Under the pieces are notes generated by a model. That model did no database searches. It was not told where the DNA came from and was given only the letters and a program-made list of their open reading frames with translations. From the NCBI GenBank assembly GCA_030141605.1, contig JAQGDQ010000032.1, forward strand, positions 310,001 to 374,000: a DNA stretch of 64,000 nucleotides. The letters run 5' to 3'. The first letter of the stretch is position 1; each line of letters begins with the position of its first letter. Both the position numbers and the translations under genes were made by a program. Below are positions 12,317 through 25,499 of the stretch, in pieces. Origin of the DNA: Tubiluchus corallicola. Lineage: Eukaryota; Animalia; Priapulida.

Positions 12317-15300
12317 ATGGCTACTACTCGGAGACCGCTGTCAGCAGATGACATGCATCATGAAGTGAAATCTCGCTTGGAGCAACTCACTCCTAAAGCA
12401 GAGATGTTCCGCTCTAAACTAATCAAGACATTTAATCTGGTTAATGTCATTGGCATTGGTACAACAAGTGTTCAGGAAATTAATTATTCTTCTGAGGATT
12501 TTTCGGGTAAGAGAATTTTACCACTGAAATCTTAATCATTGGCTTAATTTCTGTCGTATTTTGTTTTTTTACAGTTCACTTCAAAGCTCGTTTTCTTAAA
12601 AAGGTAATTGGTCACTACATTTTTATTCTCAAAGTTCTATGCAATTTTTTATATTGAGGTTTTTACAATATCAGTATACTGCGGATATTAACATTCAAAA
12701 TTTATCGTTGTTAGTTTGCAATTTGCAAATTGTGCATAGAGCTTCAGACAATTTCAAAAGCCAGTTAGTTAGTTGCTTGTAAACTGAAATATTAAACCAG
12801 GAAATAAAAAAATGATTACGAGTAAACTGAAAATTGCCCACTTAGGAACGCATCTGTTTTATGATGGTTTTTTACAAATATGTTTCTTAGTTAAACTTAT
12901 TAATTCCTGTTTTTTGAAACTGTTTCTTGTGTTTATTAGTAGACGTGCATATAGTTAGCTTGTTGTTTATTTACTCTAACTTTTAACTTTGATCTTAAAC
13001 AAGAGCTTGTAATCGATACGTTATCTAAACCGGTATTTGTTTTTTTCAAATGTAGACCCTCAACTCATTCCTCAAATGTTGAAAGATGCTCCCCTTGGTC
13101 TGGTGAAATTTCAAGTGTACACTCACACAGAATCTAGGAAACATTTCTATGAAAGGCGCAAGAGAAGAATCCGTAACAAGTATTCAAAGTGGCCCCCACT
13201 TGATATCTGGGCTAACTGGATAGTAGAAAGTAAGCGTGTAACCCTCGTTTAGTTTTGTTTTTCATTCATTTCACGACCAAGACACAAGTGCTGAAATGCA
13301 AACTACATAGACGCATGTATATTATGCCGCATATAAACTCGGCCAGAATTCCACTTGATTTATTACTTGCGGGTCGGCTTCGAAGATTTTCTTCACTTTC
13401 AGATTCACTATAATAACAATAGAGTGTTAGGTGTTAGAAACCACTTAGTAATAAATAAATTGGTGGTTAAACAAGTATTAAGTATTGCTTGGCTTTCGAT
13501 AAAATTGAAAGCTGCTACAATAACAGTCATAAATACTTTTGTAAGTAGCTAAATTGATAGATAATGTAGTTTCAAATTAGATTTTTTTAATTTTGTACTA
13601 CTAATAATTCTAGACTTTTAAGTAGGTTTTTAAATAGTAAACTAATATCGTAGTGTCTTGACATGAGAACACTTTTCTAAACCAGTTCGATAATAAGTTA
13701 TATACTTTATATAAGATACTATATAGTTATGCAGTATGAACTTGCTAATGAACCTAAAGAGGTATGTTTAGCAAATTTGTTGCATATTGGACAAAATAAA
13801 GAGACGCTAATGATCTATTCATTAGGCATGAAAATACGTCTACGTACATTTGCATTTTTAAACGATAAATTAACTTTTTGTGTCAAACTTGAATTTTCGT
13901 GATTTTTGCTAAAAACTTGAATGTGTGTTCTCTACTAACTAAAGTTGCAATTTTAGGTACCTGGTTTCAAAATACAATGCTTTTTGTTATTCTAGCCAAT
14001 TCAGTGGCATTAGGAATTCAAGCAGGTAAAACAAGTTTTCATTGTAAAAACCATCATACTAATAAATTTAAGTTTGCATTGCTTCTCTTCATTCTTGATG
14101 CTAACTAGTGTTTTAATTACACTGTTAAGTAGTGTTTCACTACTTAACCTGAATATCTGATACATTGCGATTGCGTACATTTTAAAAGGTTTTAATATGC
14201 TCAGACTTATAGGTATAGGTGTTAAATAGCAAATGCATTACTATAAAAAGTGTGGAAAATTTTAGCCTACTGAAAACTTATACATTATATTTACGCGTAG
14301 TAAATTGCGTAATTCTTGTTGTTAGGCTATTCCATTTCGAGATTAAATCATTTAAATATGATTTGACGACCTTTTTCAAGCATCTTGTACATGCACAGTT
14401 TATTTTTATGGCACGTTCAGACCAGCAAGTTTTCCATTTGACAACAAACTCGCAAGTGTGAATTGTTTGCGAGTTCCTGCCCGCCAGTTTTTGCAAACTG
14501 TTCGACTGTTTCTGCGAGATGTTTCACTGTCTGGTGTGAACGCCTTGGGAGTTGCTCTCGACATTTCTCGCAGGAAATACACAAGCTAGTGTCAACTCGT
14601 GCTTGCTGTCAGAAAGTAACTTGCAGCAAATTTTGCTTTCTAGTTGAATGCGAGTAAACTTGGCGAAAAACTGACTAATCTAAACTCACCGTTACTTGTA
14701 ACTACCCTAACTTCTTACTGTGTATAATATGCAGTGCCATGTGGTCATGCATGCAAACCAGCATGTTAGCAACTGTTACCAGTGTTAATACCAGTGTTTT
14801 TTCTAGAATTATCCAAAGTGACTAGTCCAGCGGCAAGGCCTTTTCAAACTGCTCTGGACATATTTGACTACTGCTCTTTGTTTTTGTTCACTGTGGAGAT
14901 TGTTCTCAAATGGCTCGACCAGTTCTGGGATTTCTGGAGAAGCGGTTGGAATATATTCGACTGCTGTGTAACGTTTTTTGTAAGTTTATTGTCGTGACTG
15001 TGCTATTTTCTTTAAATATTTTCGACTGAAACTACAGTAGTTAATTGAATAATTATTACCGTTATTTATCAGTGATTAATAAGCAGAAAAAATTGAATGT
15101 ACATTGATTTTTAAAATACGCTAAGATGAAATACAATCTGAAAGGAAGTACATATGCAATGTTGATGCACCTAATGCTTTAAAGATTGAGTAATGTGACG
15201 TGTTAATTGAAATGAAACTTGAAATATTTTAGAAGGGTAAGGCATTGTAAGTAATCTCCTCAAGTAATTTGAAAGTAACATTGTAAAGGCAAATAACATT

Positions 15301-18300
15301 GTAAGTAACCCCACAATTAGACTAATACGTAAAACAATTTTGCAGAAATTATTCGTTAATGAGTAATAGTTATTTTGATTACTAGCTGTGTTGTCAACTA
15401 AATTCAATCATTACTTTAGCTAATATGTAAGACTCGTGTATATTTTCAGTCTCTTTTGCCAGAGATTATAAGTTACTCGTCTGCAGACAGAAGCAAGACG
15501 ACTGGCCTGGCAATCGTTGCAACTAATCTGAGAGTTTTTCGAATTCTCCGCTCCCTCAAAGTGGTTACCAGATTCAGACAAGTGCGGCTGCTCGTGCTTG
15601 CTATTACCAAAGCTTTCAAGGTGAACACTTCCTTAGACTTTCTTGCAGTAAACTTTGATAGATGAAACAAACTTTCGGTGCTATCGGGTTAGAAATTAAG
15701 TTTATTTAAATTATGTTCGGTGTTTGCGTGAAATGTGTATTCCCCCTTCTGGTAGATTGAAGTCATAATTATGAAATTCGTAAAACCAAACTTGATGGGA
15801 ATGAAAAAAAATGCAAAAAATAAGGGCTAGGATGGATTAAACCAAGTATTTTTTATTTCAAGACTACAAAACTACTTACCCTATTATCATCTGACAACGA
15901 ATCCAGATCTATCCTACCGACGCAACATCATCAAAATCCTAAGAGTCAGTTAAAGGCATACTCACACTAGCCTAAACACAAACTAATAAGAAAAAAATTA
16001 TGTTAATTTACAGTTTTGGTGTGGATAATATTTATCTTATTAGTGAGTTTACGGGAGATTAGAATAATGTGAATTACGCGTCGAGTTAACAATCAAGTTA
16101 AGACTAAATTAATCTCAAAAAAGTCTAATTTATTGGTAATTACACTTTAGCGTGGATAAACTAATACTTGATAACATTAGACTGATTATGATTTAAAACC
16201 CCTGTGGTCTAGTGGTCATGCATTGGCTTCTAGTGGAAAGAGCAGTGAGCATGGCTCTGTTTCCAAAGACCCTGATTCAGTCCTAAGTTTTCACATTCTT
16301 CCTTTTGGGTTGAAGTTTGAATGAAAACAATTTATTATTTGTGAATTGATTCCATTATTATCAGGTACGCGTGAAATTGTTGTGAAAAATCATATTCCAA
16401 ATAATTATTGTAACCTATGAATGTCGCGGTCACCATTACTAATTTTGTTATTCTGCATTTCTATGTAAGATCTAAATTGACATTAGTATGTTCTAAACTC
16501 TTAACATTAAATTTCACTAAAATTACACTGTTTTTTCTGTAAAGTTTTTGCTTACAACATTTTATTTCTAGAGCATGATTTTCATCACGATGCTGCTGTT
16601 TATATTTGCTTATATCTTCGCTATTGCTGGTGTGGTGTTCTTTCAAGAATATACGAAATCGAAACGGACTGATTTGATGTACAAGGACAGTTTTAGGCAT
16701 GAATATTTTAGTCACTATTTACAATAATTACTTGCTTTTAGTACAGTGTTACATAGAATAGAAGCAAATGGTAATATCGAATACTCATTATGTATTTTAA
16801 GTACAGTATTAAGAATCATTAAGAATTATAAAATTGTAATTGTTGTCTGTATTCTGTGCAGTCAACATTGGTTTACAATTTGCAATTTGTTGAATGTAAA
16901 TATAATGATAACTACGACAAATGTGATTATTTAAACATTTAAAGATTCATATTTAAGAAAGCCAGAGACCTGGCACGAGCTCGAAGCCTCAATCTTTCAT
17001 TTGTTAAAGATGTTTTAAATGACTTAACCAGATTAGACTTTCCTTTTTAGACAATCTGGAGTTTAATGACATTCTAATAGTAGTAGTTTATTGACATTCT
17101 ACAATATTTGTGTTGCGAATAATTTGTGATTCTGTGATGTAAAATCAAATTCAATATCGTATATATATACATATATACATACACATATATATATATATAT
17201 ACATACATATATATATATATATATGTTAGTTAATGGCATATTTGTATTTGTGTAATGGTATGAGTTTTTTAACTACTAGCAGACATAGTTTTTTTAATTT
17301 ATTTATTCACGCAACTAACTGAATGAATGTATTCGAAATAAATCGTATATATATTATACGATTACTTATTAATTACGTATATATTTATTTATTTACGCAA
17401 CTATATATATATATATATATATATACGATATTGAATTTGATTTGATATATATATATATTAGTTGCGTAAATAAATAAATATATACGTAATTAATAAATAA
17501 TTGCGTAACTTAATATACTTGCAAAAAAAATGCGTAATAAAGTAAGTATAGTTGTGTAAATAAATAAATAAGTAAATAAATGAATAAATAATAAACAAAT
17601 ATATATATATATGTATATATATTAATGTTGTATGCCATTCAGCTTTGTTAATTTTAAATTATTGCCTCCTGCGTCTACATAACATGTACCTGTTATTTGT
17701 TTAACTCTCTATGATGTATCTGTGAAAAGTGTTAATATATGCGAATTTTTATTTATATCTAGGTATTTCACAACAAATCCCTGTAAATAAAGAGACGCTT
17801 ACCTGTACATGTTTATTTTAAATAGATAATAACAATAATAATATGTATTTTGTCATAAATAATGTACATAGATATATTATTTGTCTTGTTTTGTTGTATA
17901 GGTTATGAATATTATTCGTGTGTAACTAACTACATTTTGTAGATATTTTTCCACAGATGAGTCCAAATGGGTATTAAATAATTTTTAGGACCGAATAGGC
18001 CGAAAATCTAATCTTGCACCAAAAGGTTATTTAAATGACAGGATGTCCAAATGCCATAATATTTATGTCGCAACAAGATTCTCATCTTTGGTTATCAGAA
18101 GCATCTTATCTCGCCTTGATAGGCCTTATTGTGATTCACTTCTATAGGCGACCTCATTGTAGCATTTTGTTGTTTATAGACAGAAACTATATGTAAACTT
18201 TTCGAAAGTGTTCAAACTGTGCTACTTTACCAAAGTCTGTTGCATTATGGTTTTGTGTGTTTTAAATTGGTTTTTAAACTTATTTTGACACGTTTTTTCT

Positions 18301-21300
18301 TCTCTAAATGCTTCCTTGTTATTTCAGCACTTTACCGAAAGCACTTTGCACATTGTTCCAGTTATTTACAATGGATCATTGGTATTCGATTAGGGAAGAT
18401 CTCGTAAAGGTGACCAATCAATGGTTCACCACTTCTTACATTATACTGTGGATCCTGATAGGATCTTTCATTTTTAGAAATATTTTTGTAGGGATAATGG
18501 GTAAGTTAGAGTCTTCTTTATTTTAGGCCTGTTACATTGTATAAAATAGTTCGGATAAACGCATTTACAATGCTGTATATTCATTTTTGGATATTGAGTA
18601 AACATCATTAAGTAATGTGGAAAATAAAAATGTACAGATATTTCCCAGCATTCATATAGGATTACTAACTCAAATTTAAGTCTTAATGACAAGAATAGTG
18701 ATAATTAGTGGGGAAAAAAACCACAGTTAAGAAACAAAGAAAAACATATCAAACAACCACTGTGTTTTATTTTCGAGATAAAGAAAGAAATCTTTCTTTA
18801 TCTTGAAAATAAAACACAGTGGTTGTTGACATAGAGAGAAAAACTTAGTATTACTAATAGTATACTAGTAACACTATTACATTACTAATAAGCAATACTT
18901 AGTTTGCTTAAAATGAAAATAACAGCCAGCAGCCCAGCACACACCTTTTTATTTAGGTGGATTATGGCGCGGACACGACCATAAATATCTTTGTTTAAGT
19001 GGGTGCTGGCTGTCATTTTCATTTTAAGCAAACTAAGTTTGCAAAATAGAATTGCTTCAGCTTAGCCGAGAAACACAAAAACCAATAACAATGTGATAAA
19101 AAGCGAGTTTTATAATACGAAAACTAACGACCCTTAACAATATAGAATAGAACTTTAATTGTGTGAGTCATTTGTGAAACTGGGCTTCAATTCCTTGAAA
19201 TTGGGCATTCAACTTGTGTGGCCAAACCAACCATCCATCTTTTTTACTGATTTTTAGTGAACGAGTTTCAAAGTATACGAAATGAGCTATTTGATGAAGT
19301 GAAAGCTTTCGAAGATACGAGATTGAAAGCAGCCCAGTCGGACTTGCTAGAGAAAGAGTTAGCAAGACGTGACAGTCACGCGTTTGATTCAGAGTACGTT
19401 CGTAGCTTCATTGCATTATTCAAATGATTTAACTCAAATGATGTTTCAATGTTTTTAAGTATGAATATAATATCCTTAAAGTAACGTTAGTACGCCAGTT
19501 CTACAGAAGGTCGCCAATGCAATTAAGTCTCGGTATGAAACTTGCCAGCGGAAACAAAATTGTTTTCTAAAGATAATAAGGAGTATTTGTAGATTAACGC
19601 ATAATGAATTAGTAGCTCCTTAGATGAATAATTAATTTTTTCTCTTCTAGAAGTTGTACTAACTTATCATTGTTGAGAAAATATTTACGAGAAATAAGAA
19701 AATGCTCAGTTAAAATCATTAAAGAAAATGCTTAGTATTTATTATTATGTCCTAACAATACTTCGTTTATTATTCTAAGGGAGCCATTAGAAAAAGAGGA
19801 AACTGAGAAAGAGGTGACTCAGAAAACACTGGAAGCAATGCCCACTACAAGTGCGGCTGCCTCAGCTCAATACGAGCAAACGGCTGGAACTCTTGCTAGG
19901 TATGTATTTGTTCAAATATTCAAAGCTGTAGTAACTGTTTGAGTCAATCATTTTGCTTATTATTCAATTAGGTAATAAGAGTTGTAGGCACCCAAGTAAT
20001 AGTTTATTCGTTTTTATACGCTTTTTTAAGAAAAGTCTACCGTAATGCGCTGTGCACTCTAGGGTAAAGAATAAAAAATTGTTTCAAAGCCTGGTATAGA
20101 ATGACAGTCATTGATAGTCACAGAAAATTTAACAGGCAGAAACATTAAATTTGCTTTGTCATTTACAGGAAGCTCCATCACAATGAGGGATAATTATCTT
20201 TGTGGTCAGCCAGACTGTGATGTAGTTGTTGATTATAGATATATTATACAAAAAATAGCCTTCACAATTAGATGAAAGAGAGAACAATATTGTTGTGACT
20301 CACATATATGTAACTAACTTCTATTATACTTAATTGGCGATAGGTGGTACCACCATGCAGTTTAAGCTCTAAAGTTTAATGATTAAGATGCTCCTTTTAG
20401 TATATAAGAAAAGCAGTTTGTGCAAAAAAAAAGCTAACACGTGAACACAAGACTTAAACACAGTAACAAAAATAGAGTTACTAATCCTGACATTCACTCA
20501 ACATTCTGTTACTTTCAGTATGTGCACACATCAAGCGCAAGACTATGAACAGTATGACAGCAATGAAGTGTTTGATAAAAGTGTATCAGAAGGGACGGGT
20601 AAGCTCTCCTTGTATCACCGAGTTTGTTACGTAAGGCATAGTGCTTCTTGAGTCTTGAAAAAACCTTTGACTTTCACTACCTCAGGGCCTATTTACACGG
20701 TGTGTTTTTGACGCATAAGTTAGATGCATGCATCAAAAATGCACCGTGTAAATAGGCCCTTATTTGGATTTACCTTATCACGAAACAATTGCACTAGTGT
20801 CTTCCATTCTGATGGCCCAGTTTATTAGACTTAATATGTGTGTGTCATTTGTGCAGATTAAAATTATATAGTAGAAGAGTAGCAGTACCAATATATGAGA
20901 TTTGTAAATTATGCATATGTTTATAGTTCCTACTTTAAATCTTTATATAGTTTGCTTCTCATTTTGTAACGTGCTCAAATGTTTCATGTTCATTCCATTT
21001 CAGACAGAATATCAAAATTGAAGTTACATGCATTTTTACCATCCGTGTGTTTTACAAATGTAGTGCTTTTAGCGACATTTTAGTACGTTTGCACAAACTA
21101 AAGACATTTTTCCAAACTTTATTATTTAGCTTGGGAGTATTTGGTGAAATCAAACTTAGACTTGCTGTCTATTAATCAACCTGCAACAGTGTGGCCACGA
21201 GACACTTTATTCAAGTATTACCAACTGATGGAATATTTACAGGACAATTTGGATGAAAGAGCGAAACTTTGTGAAATGTTTTGTACGTGCGTTTGTCTAC

Positions 21301-21996
21301 AAGTTTAAACAATTGCAAATTATTTTAAAAATTCACTTAATTTTATTTGTTTGCCTTGTACTGCATAATTGTAGACTCATTGGATATTTGCCTAAGTTGC
21401 AATTTTTAAGTTTCACATCTGAACAGACAATTTAATACAAAAAGTGACATAAAACTGCCTAGACTTGCGGAACCAATCGCATTTGCATCGGAGCACCTTA
21501 TTGTTTTCTAAACTAAACAGATTTTCCTTATCTGCCGACACAGTATTGCACCTACAGTATCGTACATAGATAATAGCCAAAGTGCAGGGTTTTATGCTGA
21601 CTTACAATACGTTAAAGGAAGCCATGCAATCTTATTCTTTTATTTCTAGACACCGGGTTTCATTTCTGAAGCTGTAGTAATTTATTTGTGTTAGTTTACT
21701 GACAGTGTTTTGCGTGATTACTGTAGTTATTTACTGCTTAAGTCTCAAAAAATCTAAAATGTTTGGCTTCAGTAATTTTAGATAGTGAGTTAATTATTCA
21801 GTAACATTCCCCTTAACTAGAGATAAATCTAAAATTTTCCAACAACAATTGTTTAACAGCATTTGATTGATACTCTCTGATGCAATGTCCCAACTAAAGT
21901 GCATTTTACAATCTGTAGTCTTGTTGCTGATAGAGATTCTTTTTTCAATGATGATTTATAGGTGATGTTTTACATCAGATTCATGACACGCGGTGA
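12317..21996 (+). CDS. CATSPER2: Cation channel sperm-associated protein 2 (CatSper alpha subunit 2), 12 coding exons
   Basis: Exons 12317-12506, 13056-13229, 13957-14025, 14807-14979, 15450-15620, 16572-16696, 18328-18500, 19258-19393, 19780-19899, 20519-20598, 21130-21282 and 21962-21996 join in frame. CatSper2 signatures: AEMFRSKLIKTF, WPPLDIWANWIVE, FWRSGWNIFD, S4 LRVFRILRSLK, pore LFTMDHWY, S6 WILIGSFIFRNIFVGIMVNEFQSIR, C-terminal VWPRDTLFKYYQLMEYLQDNLDER. Likely 5' UTR exons at ~11672-11734 and ending at 11088. Confidence 0.93.
14410..14680. mobile_element. Probable PIF/Harbinger-type MITE remnant; possibly related element at ~57211-57432
   Basis: GGCACGTTCAGAC...GTGTGAACGCC imperfect inverted termini and a GCGAG/CTCGC-rich interior. 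Similar GGCGCATTTAGAC...GTCTGAAC at 57211-57432. Confidence 0.4.
17142..17501. repeat. Interleaved inverted repeats with (TA)n microsatellites
   Basis: 17142-17169 pairs with ~17416-17443. 17361-17403 pairs with 17459-17501. TA runs lie between them. Confidence 0.85.
18752..18827. repeat. Near-perfect palindrome (37-bp arms, 2-nt loop)
   Basis: AACAACCACTGTGTTTTATTTTCGAGATAAAGAAAGA-AA-TCTTTCTTTATCTTGAAAATAAAACACAGTGGTTGTT; one mismatch. Confidence 0.95.
18897..19038. mobile_element. MITE-like element with ~35-bp terminal inverted repeats
   Basis: ACTTAGTTTGCTTAAAATGAAAATAACAGCCAGCA ... TGCTGGCTGTCATTTTCATTTTAAGCAAACTAAGT. Confidence 0.75.
20685..20759. mobile_element. Tiny PIF/Harbinger-type MITE (75-bp hairpin)
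   Basis: GGGCCTATTTACACGGTG...CACCGTGTAAATAGGCCC termini, flanked by TCA/TTA (TWA-like TSD). Confidence 0.75.
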
Positions 21997-23452
21997 AACC
22001 GAAATTGGTGGCAGCTGGCTGTGAAACTACAATTTTCTCATTACAATTAAGGTCTGTAATCTTAAAAACACACAGTAGTTTTAGAAAATTAAGCGAATGT
22101 TAAAAATTGTCTGTACAAGTAGCACTATTTATTTCATATTAACTTGTATTGTTTTTGTTTGTTGTGTTACCATATAAATTTGTCATTGTTGACAACATCA
22201 AGATATTTAACAAAAACTCTTGTTATCTCGGAAATCTTTATATTAACATATAGGCCATTTGTACTAACTTGATATACAAATAATGTAGATACATAACTAA
22301 ATTAATTTAACAATAGAAATAATAGTTCAAAACCTACGATTATTAAAATTTTTAGGCCAAGAAATGCAGCCGTTTAATAATGAATACCGAGTTACCCTCA
22401 TTGCAACTTGGATGGCAGTATCACTCAATACAACAAAGATTACATTTTGCAGCACTGTGTGATGTCATCAGAAAGTGTGCGACGGCCATAGAGTTTAATA
22501 GTGATGTCCATACAAGATTACACTCTAAAATATTGATAGTCTTACCTGTAGGCTATATTTTTTATGTTATATTTATATTATTATTATCATTTGATATATT
22601 ATTTATATTATTAATATTAACGTTTATATTATTTAATATTGATATAGTAATTTATTGTGTCACATGACTTAAAGCTTTTTGTATTTCTAAAACATAGAAA
22701 ACTAGATTACTTCCAAAATTTTGTTGCATATGAAAGAGTTTTTAGTATGATGAAGATCAGCACAGTGAAAATTATTTTGACTATGATGCAAAATTACTAA
22801 TTAAACAAATATAGTACATGAAAGTTTCACGAAACTTCATTCGTTCTAGTGTACATCATATTCAGCAATGGACCCCTTTACTAAAATTAAGTGATAATAT
22901 TTTGTGCCAAGATGCTGCTAATGTAGCCAAATGAAAAAACCGCTTGGCATTTCAAACAAAAAAAGGTATATATAAACCCTCAGTGTGCAATTATGAATCA
23001 AGCATATTCAGGAGAAAGAATTATAATAGGCTGAAAACTGAACTACGATTTGAACCAGTGGCTATTGAGTAACTGCCCATCTAGAACATTACAGAACCTT
23101 GCAATTATGACAAGCCCTAATGCGATACTATTAACTCTTTATTAAGACATGTCTTAATTACATATAAGTGCGAGGTTTGGTGATTAAGATTGATGATGAA
23201 AAAATTACTAATTTGTCTCATATTTAAGCGGAATATTACAGTCACCACAAAATAGTAATCCAGCAAAAGGTATGACTCCCATTAGCATTGAATTTCGCTT
23301 AATTGTTTATATGGGTAACGACGCTTTTAGTATAACGTATAGACTGGAAGCTAATAAGACAGAGTGCCGAATATCTGACATATCTTTCCATCTCATAACC
23401 ATAGCAAAATGCATATCATGGTTTGTGTAGTGGCAGCGGATTCATCAAACAC

Positions 23453-25499
23453 TTAACAAGAGATCATACAACCTGTTGAGAAACAAGAAACAGACAAAAT
23501 GATTAATGATGTCATTCTAAACATTTCTTACAAACTTTATATAGCCAATATCCCACTCGAACGATATGTGAGCCATTCTAAGCTTTCGTATGTGCACTTT
23601 AACGATTATCCATTTGTTGCGATAATACTGTGTTTTTAATAATTCAATTACAGCCATTTATTGTCACTACAAGTAGACTATTGAAGCTCGTTATTTAATA
23701 GAAGTCACTCTACTAAAAACTTTAACACTTATTTACAGCGTACCACACATTAGGGAAACGATTAGCATACCTTCATCCAAGTAATCAAGTTCTCCTTCAT
23801 TATAGTTGCCGTAAGAGGTCTTTCTTCCCGGATCCCTTTTATTGCTTCTGTATGTGTATTTTTTCCCGCCTCTGTGATATTCAAAACTTCCGTGCTTCTT
23901 ACGAACATTTTTTCTGTCTTCCCATGCACTAAGTTTTGGCCCATTGTATCTGTCACCTTCATTTCGTCTCCTGTATCTGCCTTCACCATAAATCTTACCT
24001 TCTGCATAACCCCGTTCTTTAAAACCACCACTTGCAGAGTTTCTTTTATACTTTCCGCTATGGTCGCGATAACCGTAACTACCACCATTGTTTCTACGTC
24101 TTTGTCCACTGTCATAATTTGCTCCAAAATTATTTCGCTTGTATCCTCGATCATTATCAACATATCTTCTCTGAGTGCGTCTGTTATTGTCATCATAACT
24201 GTAATCATTATCATCATAATAATCATCCATAAAATGATCGTCCCAGATGTAGTCTTCCTCATTATTCTCGCTATCCTGATAATCATCAAAATAGTCATTA
24301 TTTATGTTATAATTATCTCCATCATTACTTCTTCTATAATTGTTATTATTATAATCACCTGCATACCTTTTCCTGCCATAAACTTTCCCTTCGTGTCCAC
24401 TGCCATCTGAATATCTGCCATGGCTTCTAGCATTATTTCTGCCAGTATTTCCATTTGATCTGTAGTCGCCATTCCTGAAGTTATTAGCTTTGTAATTTTG
24501 CCTACGATTATAACCACCTTTATCATATCTTCCTCTTTTGTCATTATCCCTGTTATTTCTGTAGTTCCTATAATTCCTTTGATAGCCATTGTAACCATTT
24601 CTCCTATATCCATCCCGTTTCTCACCTTCATAACTATTATCATTGTTTTCGCGCCAATGGGGTCTCCCTGGACTTTGGTTGTATCCATTTCCAAAGTCAT
24701 TGCTGTAACTTTCACCATAATTGCCATCATATCCCTTATCATTAGATCCTCCACCACCGTCCAATTCGTACGGGTCATCATAGTTGTTGCTATCTTGATA
24801 TTTTGGTTCACAGTTCTCATCTGCATTGCTTTCTCTTATTTCGTACTCTCGTTTATTGTCACCACTATAATGTTTGGAACGCACTCGTCCCCGCCATCCT
24901 CTGTTTCCATATTCAATTTTACTACGTCTGCTATAATCTTCATCATAATCATCATATTCGTTGTACGTTTGATAATCATCTTGTCTTCTGTAATTGTAGT
25001 TTTCATCATTTCTTCTGTCTCTGCTTTCTTCCCCGTGATAGTAATTGTTTGATGTTCCACTTTCATAGTCATCATTCTCATAACCATCTAGATATATAGG
25101 AGCTGAGTATCTATAGCTTTCCTTTACTTCATATCCACCATCATTTACATAACCTCCATTCGGCTGGCCCGGGTAATTTCTGTCATTCCTATAATTTTGT
25201 CTTCCATACTGGTTTCCACTGTTACTGTACTTTTCCACACTGCCAAAGTTTCCATGATATCCACCATCTTTATTGCCTTTATAACTTACTCGCCCTTCTA
25301 GTACATTATCGTATTGTCTATCAATTTCACGTTGATAGCTGCTGTCAGAGTCATCGTTGTAGTCTGCATCCAATATTCTTTCAGCAAACTGAAGGTCTTG
25401 ATATGGCCCACCGGATCCTCTTCCCATCATGCCAATAGTTGGCCCATGGTGTGAGCTGATAATAATACCATGCATACCTTGACAGCTAGAATATGATAC
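23453..25499 (-). CDS. Gly/Tyr/Asn/Asp/Arg-rich low-complexity protein (large exon 23771-25499 plus probable short terminal exon 23453-23472; 5' exon unresolved)
   Basis: A 1.8-kb open frame in AT-rich DNA. Acceptor TTTTACAG precedes 25499. Donor GAAG|GTATGC at 23770. Phase-compatible acceptor CTCAACAG precedes 23472 and gives GCMISC*. Strongly biased composition with alternating acidic and basic blocks. Confidence 0.75.

Noticed and set aside
16201-16320. tRNA A-box-like TGGTCTAGTGG
   Set aside because: No cloverleaf or clear B-box; at most a decayed SINE head.
20168-20203. Extra CatSper2 exon candidate
   Set aside because: In the required phase it hits a stop (RKLHHNEG*); exons 9 and 10 join in frame without it.
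23762-25099. Ile/Met/Thr-rich overlapping ORFs on both strands
   Set aside because: Shadow frames of the biased-codon G/Y/N/D/R-rich exon.
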